A program made the position numbers and the translations under genes. Below, in pieces: positions 51,721-64,000 of a stretch of DNA of 64,000 nucleotides; positions within the stretch are counted from its first letter, which is position 1; every line of letters starts with the position of its first letter. Origin of the DNA: Octopus sinensis. Lineage: Eukaryota. Below the pieces are notes generated by a model. That model did no database searches. It had not been told where the DNA came from and saw nothing but the letters and a program-made list of their open reading frames with translations. Location: the NCBI RefSeq assembly GCF_006345805.1, contig NC_043000.1, forward strand, positions 139,438,001 to 139,502,000. The letters run 5' to 3'.

Positions 51721-52693
51721 CGGTTTTTTTGACTATTTATTAAATTTTATGTATTGATTAAGTCTTTCCTTGTTTGTTTTGCAAAATAGTGGTTTTGTCT
51801 CAAATAATATTTTATATATATATATATATATAGATAGCTAGATAGATAGATGTAGATATGTATGTATATAGTGAGGGAATTCAAGTAGACATAGGAATGA
51901 GAGTAGGGATCAGTGTGGGGGGACCAGGTGGTGGTATACACAATATGGGTGATGAGAGGTGCTGGGATGAGGGAACAAGCAGTGTCTTATTAGAGAAGGT
52001 ACAAGACAAAAACAACCTGAGAACAGACCAAATTAATAACAGTAGACAAAACTGAGATATGAGACATCACGTCTGAGGGGCAAGTGGTTAAAGTGTGTTG
52101 CTGGTTAATTTCATGCTAATTAGTGAAGTAGCCTTCCTTTGGACGTGTCCTTGCATAAATGCATGTGTTCCAGAGTGTTAGTATGTTTTAGGTGTGTGTG
52201 TGTTGGGGGACTGAAGTATTTTGTGACATTCAAGCAGAGGAAGGCCAGACTTTGAGATAAGGCCATTGATATGTTAAAGATGTGAATTTACTAGGATAAA
52301 ATGTCGGTGATAGTAGGGTGTATCATATGAAATAATTGTGAAGGTCATGTTCACGTTTAAGGAGTGTAACGTCACCTTTTTCAGGTAAAAAGTAAGTTGC
52401 AGAGTATTCATAGGTTAAATTACTTTTTTTTTTATTACATACATACTAGGCAAGACAATGCAAAGTGTTGAATGTGTTTATTTAAGAAAATAATTTCAAG
52501 GTGAATTAAACAATGCTATGAACAAGGGCGAGGATTTTAAGTATTTTACTTAATTCTACTTTTCTTGCACTATAGAATCAGAGATATTTACAATTTAGTT
52601 AGAATCCACCTCCTGTCCATTGCTATGCACATTCTTCGACAGGCATTTCTATGTATTCAACTTGCTTAATGAGAATGATATCTAGTTTTCTAA

Positions 52694-52871
52694 GGCACTA
52701 GAAGTGGCTGTGTGGTAAGTAGCTTGCTTACCAACCACATGGTTCTGGGTTCAGTCCCACTGCATGGCACCTTGGGCAAGTGTCTTCTACTATAACCTCG
52801 GACTGACCAAAGCCTTGTGAGTGGATTTGGTAGACAGAAACTGAAAGAAGCCTGTTGTATATATGTATGTA

Positions 52872-52956
<85 letters not shown>

Positions 52957-53176
52957 GTACATGTGTGCGTATGTTTGTGTGTCTGTGTTTATCCCACCAA
53001 CATCGCTTGACAACTGATGCTGGTGTGTTACATCCCCGTAACTTAGTGGTTCAGCAAAAGAGAATGATAGAATAAGTACTAGTCTTACAAAGAATAAGTT
53101 CTCGGATTGATTTGCGCAACTAAAGGCAGTGCTCCAGCATGACCACAGTCAAATGACTGAAACAAGTAAGAGTAAG
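52694..53176 (+). mobile_element. SINE family A
   Basis: Full-length copy with a long internal (TA)n. Confidence 0.88.
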
Positions 53177-53529
53177 AACAAATGGCCATAAGTGGGGAAG
53201 TATAACAAATAAGATCAACGTTATGATAGATGTGAGTTGTCTACAACTGTTTGTAAGCATCTTATGTAATCGTGAAAGACAAAATAAATTCCAATATTTT
53301 ATAACAGAAAATATCAGCATCAAGTTTTATGGTTATAAATATGTGAATTCAAACACCATAAAAGAATAGAGTTTTTTTTATCAAAAATGAAGAACACTGT
53401 CAGCACTGTCAGCATCTCTGTTGCCATCATTGTCACCATTGTCGCTGTCATCATGACTGAATGACTGTCCTAAACTCTGTTTATATACGTACACATGCAC
53501 TCACACTAGCACAATCACAGATATATCTC

Positions 53530-53944
53530 TCTTTACTCTTTTACTTGTTGTCAGTCATTTGACTGCGGCCATGCTGAAGCACTGCCTTTAGACGAGCAAA
53601 TCGACCTTAGGGATTATTCTTTGAAAGCCTAGTAATTATTCTATTGGTCTCTTTTGCCAAACTGCTAAGTTACGGGACGTAAACACACCAGCATCGGTTG
53701 TCAAGCAATGTTGGGGAGACAAACACAGACACACCAACATATACACACACATACATATATACATATATATACATATATACGACAGGCTTCTTTCAGTTTC
53801 CGTTTGCCAAATCCACTCACAAGGCTTTGGTTGGCCCAAGGCTATATAGTAGGAGACACTTGCCCTAAGTGTCACACAGTGGGACTGAACCCGGAACCAT
53901 GTGGCTCGTAAGCAAGCTACTTACCACACAGCCACTCCTACGCC
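53530..53944 (-). mobile_element. SINE family A
   Basis: Full-length reverse-complement copy, tail-to-tail with 52694-53176. Confidence 0.88.
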
Positions 53945-54405
53945 TATATATGTTATAAAGCTTATATACATAAGCTATATAATATATATGCATATATATC
54001 TACCTATATATATCTATCTATTGACACATATACACAAAGAGAGAGAGAGGGGGAGGGAGAGAGAGAAAGAGAGAGAGAGACTATAGTAATAGAGACTTGG
54101 CAAACTGCATCACAGGCTATCTATCCAGGAGGAAAGGGACTCCGAGTAAGATTTGATAAAAGGTGGAGGGTGTCTTTTCTTTTCTTCACCATATATAACT
54201 TCTTTAGTGCCAGCAGCAAGGGAAAATGCACTTAGTATACTCTGTGGAACGGTTGCTGACAGGCAGGTGATATTACAGCCAAAATTACATTAGCATTAAA
54301 TGTTCAGCTCCCTGCAGGCTGTATGATGGTTAGCCATCTAAGAAGGCAGTGGTTTGAGGTGAGATTTTGATAGAAGGTAGAGAGCTTCTTTACTTTTCCT
54401 TTCAT

Positions 54406-54406
<1 letters not shown>

Positions 54407-54444
<38 letters not shown>

Positions 54445-54610
54445 GTTTAACGTCCGTTTTCCATGCTAGCATGGGTTGGACGATTTTGACTGAGGGCTGG
54501 CAAACCAGACGGTCGCACCAGGCTCCAATCTTGATCTGGCAGAGTTTCTACAGCTGGATGACCTTCCTAACGCCAACTACTCCGAGAGTGTAGTGGGTGC
54601 TTTTTACGTG
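54407..54610 (-). mobile_element. RTE-type 3'-end element (family C), short
   Basis: (CAT)n GTTTAACGTCCGTTTTCCATGCTAGCATGGGTTGGACG..GTAGTGGGTGCTTTTTACGTG. Confidence 0.82.
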
Positions 54611-55422
54611 ATAACTATTATTCTGCTAATGGCATACAGAATCCATGTAGTACCCTTTATGAAATGACTGATGAATGGAGGGGTATAAAGCCACTGAAAT
54701 AAAATAAAATAAAATTTACAAGTGAAGCATCTGCTCTGTAAGATGAATCACAGTTAGTGTCCCACCCACACAAGAGTAACTTTGAATAGAGGGGACTCTT
54801 CAGTTTTTTCTACATGATTGAACTTCAGTGGCAGTTCATAAATTTATAGCTATAAATTTATATTCTAGTAATAACTGTTTTAAAAAGTACAAAATGTTTC
54901 AAAAGTGTGCAAAGAAAATGGAATTAGTATATAATTCTCTAATTAAGTTTTAACTAAAGAGGCTTCATGAAATTAGTTCACAAGATTTCATTTTGAGAGA
55001 TAACTATGATTGTAGGTTTAAAAATTTTTGACCAACAAAAATATAATCTGTTCATAAAAGCAAAGTATAATCCTTAAGTTTTATTTTGTAGATATCATTT
55101 TATATCTCTTTAAATTACTTAATCTTACTTCTACTACAAATTCAGGCTTTTCTTTTTGTATATGGAAATAAATTGAATTATGTTACTATCTTCAGCTTCT
55201 CACTTTCTCTTTCAAAATCTCTTGCACTTTTTCAACTGTTCTCTATCTACATTGAGATTTAATTTCAAGTTGTTTTAGCACTTGTATATATAAGCTAAGC
55301 AGAGAATGAAGAGTTTTGAAACCGCCGCCGCCACCCCCACCACCACCAACACCAACACCACCAACAACAACAACAACAGCAACAGCAACAACAACAACAT
55401 TAAAATAATAATCATAATAAAT

Positions 55423-56000
55423 AACCTTGTTCTTGTTGCTGAATCTCTACCAGAATTAGATAGGAAATTTCAGGTATAGAAGCAAGGTCTGGAATCAAAG
55501 GGTCTTAGAGATAACTTAGCAAAGACCAAAGTCCTAATAAGTAGGAAAACAGACAAATTACAAATCTCTTTAGAGAGATGGCCCCGCTTGATATGTGAAA
55601 AAGGTGCCAGGAGAAACTCCATAAGGTGTATTCAGTGCAAGTTATGGACACATGAAAGGTGCAACAGTATCACTGGAAGACTAACAGAGAAAATATAGTC
55701 TTAACATGTGGCAGATGTGCAGGTACATTAAATACCAAGAATGTACAAAAAATAGACTCCCTCAAACGTCAGGAGATTCCTTATCAGTAGTAGACAGTTT
55801 CCATTACCTAGGTGACCAAGTTAGCAGTGGTAGAGGTTGTTCCAACTGCTAAAATAAGGAAGGGCTGGGCAAAGTTCAGAGAGCTACTACCTCTATTAGT
55901 AACTAAGGGCCTCTCCCTCAGAATGAAAGGCAGATTGTTTGATGCCTGTGTATGGATAGCTATGCCACATGACAGTGAGACATAGGCTGTAACTACTGAT
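55423..56000 (+). mobile_element. RTE-clade LINE fragment (RT C-terminus, pseudogenised)
   Basis: NLVLVAES..KQGLESKGLRDNLAKTKVL..VVDSFHYLGDQ..IRKGWAKFRELLPLL..KGRLFDACV..SET*; contains stops and frameshifts. Confidence 0.85.
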
Positions 56001-56075
56001 GTAGTCATTATAATTAAGTTATTTTATAGTAGATACCATCATGTATTTCATTGTACTATTTTACATTCTAAATGA

Positions 56076-56618
56076 TGATTTCACTTTCATTGGTCAAATT
56101 AAGTACTGGGACTTTTTTGTCAATGCTTTGAGTGTAAAGAAATTAAGCTCATGGCCTTCCCTGGACTTCCTATTCAATGATCTCTACTGATCCTTTTAAG
56201 TTTATGTATTCACACCAATGTAACTAACCATAGCACAATGTCCCTTACTTTCTGGTGATTTCACTAGCATTGGTCAAATAAGTAGTGGGACTTTTTTGTC
56301 AATGCTTTGAGTCTAAAGAAATTGAGCTCATGGTCTTCCCTGGAATTCCTATTCAATGAGCTCTACTAATCCTTTTAAGTTTGTGTATTCACACCAATGT
56401 AACTAACCATAGTACAATGTCCCTTACTTTCTGATGATTTCACTAGCATTGTTCAAACAAGTACTAATACTTACCTTTTTGGCAATACTTTGAGTCTAAA
56501 GAAAGAATTTGAGCTTATGGCCTTCCCTGGACTTCCTATTCAATGAGCTCTACTGATCCTTTAAGTTTGTGTATTCACACCAATGTAACTAACCATAACA
56601 CAATGTCCCTTACTTCTG
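56076..56618. repeat. three tandem ~180-bp units
   Basis: Units start at 56076, 56256 and 56435, each with TGATTTCAC..CTTCCCTGGA..GTATTCACACCAATGTAACTAACCATA..CAATGTCCCTTACTT. Confidence 0.92.
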
Positions 56619-56769
56619 AGTTTGATTTCAAGCAAGGTTGACATTCCCATTCATCTTCACATTCAATGTAAAAATGCACAGCTTTGATCCTATGTTAGAA
56701 ATTATAATTATCATTTCCAAACTTTAATGGATACTATCATTGAAAGAATAGTTGACAATATACTATGCT

Positions 56770-57167
56770 CTCATTTACTCATTTACTTGTTTCAGTCATT
56801 TGACTGCGGTCATTCTGGAGCACCGCCTTTAGTTGAGCAAATCGACCCCAAGACTTATTCTTTGTAAGCCTAGTACTTATCGGTGTTTTTTTGCCGAACC
56901 ACTGAATTACGGGGACGTAAACACACCCACATCGGTTGTCAAGCGATATTGGGAGGAGAAACACAGGCACACAAACGTATACACACACACATACATATAT
57001 ATATATGATGGGCTTCTTTCAGTTTCCATCTACCAAATCCATGCACAAGGCTTTGGTCAGCCTGAGGCTATAGTAGAAGACACTTGCCCAAGGTGCCATG
57101 CAGTAGATTGAACCCAGACCCATGTGGTTCATAAGCAAGCTACTTACCACACAGACACTCCTACGCC
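56770..57167 (-). mobile_element. SINE family A
   Basis: Full-length reverse-complement copy. Confidence 0.88.
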
Positions 57168-57904
57168 TATGTGGTATTTATTCTAGCTTCAGATACCAGA
57201 AATGTTAGCTTTGCCTATGAATCTTCTAGAGTCAATAAAATTTGTACCAGCCAAATAAAGGGCTTAGTTAAATTGACTGTATCTTATCCAAAGTTGTAAT
57301 CATGTGTATAAGTCATTAAAGATAGTTATTACTGTTGGATTAGCGGAATCTTTAGGTTTTTAGACTAAATATTAGCAATATTTATTCTAGCCCTTTACAT
57401 TCCTCCTTTAGATCCCAGTAAGGCCAACTTTATTTATGATCCTGCCAGATCAATAAATAAAGTTCTGAGATTGACTCAATTGACTAACCCTCTTTGGTGC
57501 CAAAATTTCTGATCTTGTGGCTATGTAGCAAATTAAAAATACCAGTGGATTGCCTGAATTATAAGATAAATGTAAATGATAGACAATTAGCATGCAAAAT
57601 ATAATTATAGAGGCACCAGACAAATTGCAGTTAAATACAGAATCTCTCATTTCCCATAAAGTAATGTGATATCATGAACACCAAGGAAGACTAAAGTTCT
57701 AAATATATTTGAGAAAAAAAAATGGATTTAAAGGAATTTTAATCACGCTCTAACAGTGCTTCACACTGTTTCTGTTAAATTGAAAATTGCAGAGTTTTTC
57801 ATCTTTTTAAATAGCATAGTGAAACATGAAAGTTAGCAAAACTTCACAAAATGTATTAAAGTTATGTCTTTTACTACCATACACTTTAAATAACAAATTC
57901 TTTC

Positions 57905-57940
<36 letters not shown>

Positions 57941-58094
57941 TGTATGCATATCATATATGTATGTAAACATATCTCATTGTCTTCGTTGCTTTCGCAGACA
58001 GAAACTGAACAAAACCCTCATTAATATTTACACACAGACAGACACAAACACATGGATATACATAGACATGCTCATTCATGTGTATATCTATCTA

Positions 58095-58162
<68 letters not shown>

Positions 58163-58324
58163 CACAGGTGTTGCTATGTGATCAGAAGCTTGCCTCCCAA
58201 CAACACAGTTCCGGGTTCAGTCCCACTATGTGGCACCTTTGGCTAATGTCTTCTACTACAGCCTTGGGCAAACCAAAGCTTTGTGAGTGGATTTGGTAGA
58301 CAAACCAAAAGATGCTCATTGTAT

Positions 58325-58355
<31 letters not shown>

Positions 58356-59469
58356 CACACACACACAAATATTAAAAATATGTGCATGTATGTATTTGTG
58401 TGTGTTTGTTCTGTAACATTTATAACCTATTTTCCGTATTTTTTTTATGATTCTGAAAAACGTTTTGAGTTTTTAAATGTCAATATTTTAATGGGTTTTT
58501 TTTTGCCAATTTTTACCCTCACAATTTTGGAGCTCACAAACAAAGATAACTTTTCAATTTTGAATAGTTTCTCCATTTTCTTTAGAAATATATTCTTTAC
58601 ACATAGAGATTTCGATCCTTCAAGAAGAAATCAACCTTGCAAATGAATGTTAGCTGGAAACTGGGGCAGTGAGTAGAAGGAGCATCACATTGATGCTAGA
58701 ATAAGTAGGAGCTATTGAGCTGAAAGTCATGATAAAGGGTCCATGATAAGCCATTACAAGTGGTTGACCAATTGGAGGACAATGTGATGTAGGGGTGGAA
58801 ACACCAGCTGAAGGTATTCTGTCCTGGTCATACATTATAGCTATAAGTGTGAGACTAAGTCTGCCAACGTCATTAGTAAATGTATTCATATGTTTGTTTA
58901 TATATGTAGCTGTATAACTGCAAATGTTCATGTATGTTCTTAATTTTACACTTACCATCATGTTGACACGCTTTTCTACCCCTGCTGATGACATCATTCT
59001 ATCGATGATGATGAGGAGGAGTAGGAGGAGAAGAATGATGATGATGATGACAATGATAGCACAGTAAAAGAAGAACAACAACATAAGCAATGATAACAAC
59101 AAAAATATAACTTGCTGAATTAACATCCGCATTTTCTTGAACTTGTAAAATAGCTCTTATATATATATCACCAAAATTTCTTTATGGGCAAAATCAATTT
59201 TAAATATATAACAATGGAAAGATCAAAGTTAGATATAAAGCATAATTTTCTAGAAAAACAGTTAAATGGCAGTATGAAATTAAAGCTTTTTGGGAGAGAG
59301 GTGAGTGAAATTTTGAAATGCAAAAAAAAGACGAATGGAAAATCAAATATATTCATTCTTTAGCTGAATAAATTGGCTTCAGATTAAAATATAAAATATA
59401 AAGAAGACATTCTTTGACATAAGTGTGAGGAAATTTGAAAAATATTCTAAAATATGATACAAAAGATGC

Positions 59470-59696
59470 ATATAAATGTGCGTGTGTGTATGTATATATA
59501 TATCTGTATCTGTATATATATGTATATATATATTTGTAGATATAATATATATATATAGCTATAACATACATACACATACTGACTTGCATATAAAGATACG
59601 TATATATATATATATATTCATATGCATATATATATATTCATATACATATGTATATAACTATATCATATATAAATGTGTGTGTGTGTATATATATAA

Positions 59697-59732
<36 letters not shown>

Positions 59733-60124
59733 TACACATATATATTACAGATATATATATATATATATATTTATATCATATGCATACATATATATGTAAA
59801 TGAATATGCATTTACATACACGCATATGTCTGTAAGATAGTGGAGTTGACAAAGAGGAGACAAAGAAAGCGAAAATGAAAAGAATGAAATCAATAGGACA
59901 AGAAAATACATGTTTTTAGGAAAGAAAAAATAAATATATTTAAAAATTTCTGATTATATAAATGCAAATGTGTGTATGTATGTATGAATGCATTCATATG
60001 TGAGAGTTTTATACACACACACACACATACAGATCATAGATTGATATATAGGTAAATAGAGAGAGAGAGAGAGAGAGAGAGAAAGAGGGAGTTAGCTAGA
60101 TGTCTATATGTATATGTGCATGTA

Positions 60125-60166
<42 letters not shown>

Positions 60167-60218
60167 ACAGATATAGATAATATCTGTATGTGTGTGTCTG
60201 TATATATATATACATACA

Positions 60219-60256
<38 letters not shown>

Positions 60257-60321
60257 TATATATATACAGATATAGATAATATCTGTATGTGTGTGTCTGT
60301 AATATATATATATACATACAA

Positions 60322-60361
<40 letters not shown>

Positions 60362-61088
60362 TATATATACATACGTACACACATACATACATATATATAT
60401 CCGTAGATATAATACATATATATAGCTATAATATACATACACACATTCACTTGCATATAAATATATATACATACATACACACACGCACATGCATATATAT
60501 ATATATATCCGTAGATATAATACATACATATAGCTATAATATACATACACACACTCACTTGCATATAAAGATATATACATATATATATATACGTTCATAT
60601 ACATCTGTATATAACTATATATTTACTTTTGTGTGAGTATTCCTAACATTTAATCAAATTGTTGGATGTCTTAGACTGCTAACTGCTAAAATAAACTCTT
60701 TTGAATTGTTATTGCTTCAGAGAACTGCAATTTTCTTTGGCACTTTGATTACTTCTAAAGTATAATGCTAAACTATGCATTGAGTAGACAGGAAAGGAAC
60801 AGCACGGACCTAAAGCAGAGATTAATTAGCAATTTCCTGAATGTGAATCTTTCTTGTTGTTTTTCTAAAATCATGCAATTACACATATACACATAAATAA
60901 ATGCATAACATGTTTATACATACACATATGCATGCATGCACACACATACACAGTCACATATATACACACATGTATATATATATATATATATACATAATGT
61001 AATATATATATATGTATATATATGATGTGATATATATGATATATATATATATATAATGTAATATATATATATGTATATATATGATGTA

Positions 61089-61127
<39 letters not shown>

Positions 61128-61131
61128 ATAT

Positions 61132-61204
<73 letters not shown>

Positions 61205-62108
61205 TATATATATACATACATACACACACGCACATGCATATATATATATATACTATATATATATATACATATATATATATAATACATATACATATATATA
61301 TGTATGTATCTATGTATGAATGTATGTATATATGAGTGTGTGTATTCATGCGCATGTTTGTGTGTGTATTCATGTATGCAAGTGTGTTTATGTGTAGCTA
61401 CAAAATTGTATATCTATTTTCATACATTAATATATATTTGCATTTGTGAAAATGCATATATATATATATGTTTCTCTCTAATAAGTTAATAATGTGTATG
61501 ATAGCTGCATCTATGTGCATGTGTGCATGGTTGTGTTTTTGAGCTTTTGTGTGTATCCATACACACACACATACACAAACACACACACACATATGTATGC
61601 ATGCATGTATATATTCACACACAGAGACACACTCACACATTTAAATCATCACATGTATATATATGTATACATACATAGATGCACACATACATGCATCTAC
61701 ACATATATGCTTGTTCCAAGGGTTATTTTATCACTTGTACACAAATTCTTATTTGTTCATTTCCCCTTTTTTTCTTATAATACAAAGATGATAGGAAAAA
61801 TATTTCTGCAGCTAATCACAAAATTTCTTCCGGAAAACAATAGAAAATATGATAAACATAAAATAGAATTAACTCCAAGAAGAGATATAAATAACCTGTC
61901 TTCTGTGGTGCAAAAATTACTTGGATAAGATGGCTCTACTTTGACTTGGAATATTTTTTTCAGTTTTCCTTTCTCTGTATTATATCCAGACATATATACA
62001 TAATTTGTGATACTTCCCTAACAATTTTTGTTTTATATTTCTTTCCATCTTAATTTATTTTTCCTTTCTTTTTCACTCCCTCATCTAGTGTAGACACACA
62101 CACACAAG

Positions 62109-62144
<36 letters not shown>

Positions 62145-62848
62145 TATATATCAAAGTATCTTTAGAGACAGAAAACCCCATATATATATATATATAGTTA
62201 TGTTATTATATACATGTGTGTGTTTGTATACATGTGTATATGTAAATGTGAATATGTACATACATTTACATACACCTACATACATACATACATATATATA
62301 TATATATACTTATGCATACATATATATACATATACATAAATATATATAAGTATGTATAAATTTGTATATGTGTGTGTATGTGTGTGTGTGTCTATGTATA
62401 TGTATATATCTTATATATGTATGCATGCATGTGTGTGTTTGTGCATGTACATTTTTATATCTGAATACAAGAACATACATGCAAGTGTCTGTAATGTGTT
62501 TGCATATAAATCTTTTATTTCAGACTGTATGCAAATATATATGTAAAATTATTAAGATGTGAGCGAATGTCTGCATGTGTTTCTCTATGTAACATTTCAT
62601 TTGAATATATGCCTCTGTTCATGTGTATAGAGAGAAATATATGCAAGTAGATATATACATGTATATATAACATCGCTATATTTAATCATCATCAACCTCA
62701 TCACCACCACCATCACCATCACGTACACCAGCTAAATGATGATGATGTTGATCAGGCATACACGTATGGATCTATGTGTATGTATGCATATATATATATA
62801 CATACATGCATATATATATATATACATATATACATGCATATATATATT
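59470..62848. repeat. field of (TA)n/(CA)n/(TG)n microsatellites with short minisatellite-like duplications
   Basis: Direct reading; e.g. GTAGATATAAT..TATAGCTATAA..CTTGCATATAAA recurs near 59537, 60403 and 60511. Confidence 0.9.
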
Positions 62849-63168
62849 GGATTAACTGTTGGAGTGGACGGACGTCTATTTGTTTCTCTCCCAAGTCAGT
62901 AGCAAGCTACACAGCTTCAAAACTAACTGACCTTAATATATATATATTTGTAACCACGTGTTTGCCTACAAACCCGTAAGTACGTTTTCATTTAACTACA
63001 AATTGTTATATACACCTGTTTTTCTTTTAATATCCTCAAACAACCAAATAATCAAAAACTCACACCCTTAAGAGAGAACATTTATATATATATACACTTC
63101 TTTAACTCCAAGAAAGAATATATATATTTTCAAAAATCAAAAGGAAAACAAACAAAAGAAAAACAAAC

Positions 63169-64000
63169 ATGACTAACTTGCAGGCCTGCAACAGACGAAA
63201 TTGGTCTGATAACGAAATTGATGTTTTGATAAACACATGGCTCTCTCTTTCCCAAACAGAAAATCTAAATGTCTTGTGTTTGAATGAGATTGCCGAAAAA
63301 ACATCACAAGTGGTCAACACACGATCCGTCAAACAGATTCGTAGCAAGTTGAAACATATCGAAGTATCTTTCAAACTGATAAGAGGTCATTATGAAAAGC
63401 TTCTACATATTTTCACGGTTCAAGAACAACAACAGCTAGAAAATCAGCAGCCACAACAACAACAACAGAATGAGCCACTCCTGGTTCCCAGCACAATGGC
63501 TGACCCTGACATCGGTCAGGCGCAACAACAACAACAACAGCCACAGCAACAAGAACAACAGCCACTCCTCAACTCTAGCTTACTAGACGATTCACTAAAT
63601 GCCAGTATCTTTTCACCGCTCTCACAGCAACCACCACAATTATCATCATCATCATCACCACCGCTGCCACCATCGTCTTCTATCACCAAAAATACCAACA
63701 GAAAACCAAATAAGAAACCACTGCCCTCTTCCCCCACATCACCACCTCAATACTACTGCAGTAACAAAAACTTAAAGAAACATAGGAAGCAGAATGCGCC
63801 CCCCACGGCTCAAACAAGAAATCCCCAAATATGCCGCTATTCACTGCGCCAGAGACTCTGCACAAATAGTGACTGCATCTTCACGCATCTACCCGGCACT
63901 AGACGCACTACCGGCCAAGGCCAAAGCACGCATCCCACAATAACATCAACACCACCAATAGTAAATCGAAATTCAAAACACACACAACTCGGAGTCCCAA
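63169..64000 (+). CDS. open ORF (at least 277 codons, truncated by the window end): Myb/SANT-like domain, Q/P/S-rich linker, CCCH zinc finger
   Basis: Hand-translated without a stop: MTNLQACNRRNWSDNEIDVLINTW...EIAEK...RSVKQIRSKLKHIEVSF...QQQ...CRYSLRQRLCTNSDCIFTH (C-x8-C-x4-C-x3-H, 63832-63888). Probably absent from the ORF track because it has no stop codon in the window. Confidence 0.75.
   Translation, partial: MTNLQACNRRNWSDNEIDVLINTWLSLSQTENLNVLCLNEIAEKTSQVVNTRSVKQIRSKLKHIEVSFKLIRGHYEKLLHIFTVQEQQQLENQQPQQQQQNEPLLVPSTMADPDIGQAQQQQQQPQQQEQQPLLNSSLLDDSLNASIFSPLSQQPPQLSSSSSPPLPPSSSITKNTNRKPNKKPLPSSPTSPPQYYCSNKNLKKHRKQNAPPTAQTRNPQICRYSLRQRLCTNSDCIFTHLPGTRRTTGQGQSTHPTITSTPPIVNRNSKHTQLGVP

Noticed and set aside
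58650-59132. 160-aa minus-strand ORF as a whole gene
   Set aside because: The N-terminal third is trinucleotide repeat and the rest has no recognisable domain; only a 43-nt splice-bounded piece was kept as a weak exon candidate.

Overview
AT-rich eukaryotic intronic/intergenic DNA saturated with microsatellites and transposon remnants. The repeat repertoire (tRNA-headed SINEs with a CORE-like segment and internal microsatellite, RTE-type (GAT)n-tailed elements, Penelope-like elements) suggests a coleoid cephalopod, probably an octopus; this is inferred from repeat style only. There are no prokaryotic genes, rRNA, true tRNA or CRISPR arrays, and almost every entry in the supplied ORF track is translated microsatellite or SINE. 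Recognisable coding remnants: a 5'-truncated CR1-like LINE RT (20150-21125, -), a decayed Penelope-like element with RT N-terminus and GIY-YIG endonuclease (23543-26664, -), a mariner transposase N-terminus (38414-38880), an RTE RT C-terminus with a PHD-like insert (55423-56000), and two weak candidate host exons. An uninterrupted ORF missing from the track starts at 63169 and runs off the window end; it encodes a Myb/SANT-like domain plus a CCCH zinc finger. The main unexpected layer is a set of minimal type I hammerhead ribozyme motifs typical of Penelope pseudo-LTRs. Four have canonical CUGANGA/GAAA cores (10921, 23137, 40003, 51678). Two more sit inside a 354-bp TSD-flanked fold-back element and carry a swapped G3:C8 core (GUGAACA). 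All coordinates and alignments were read by eye.
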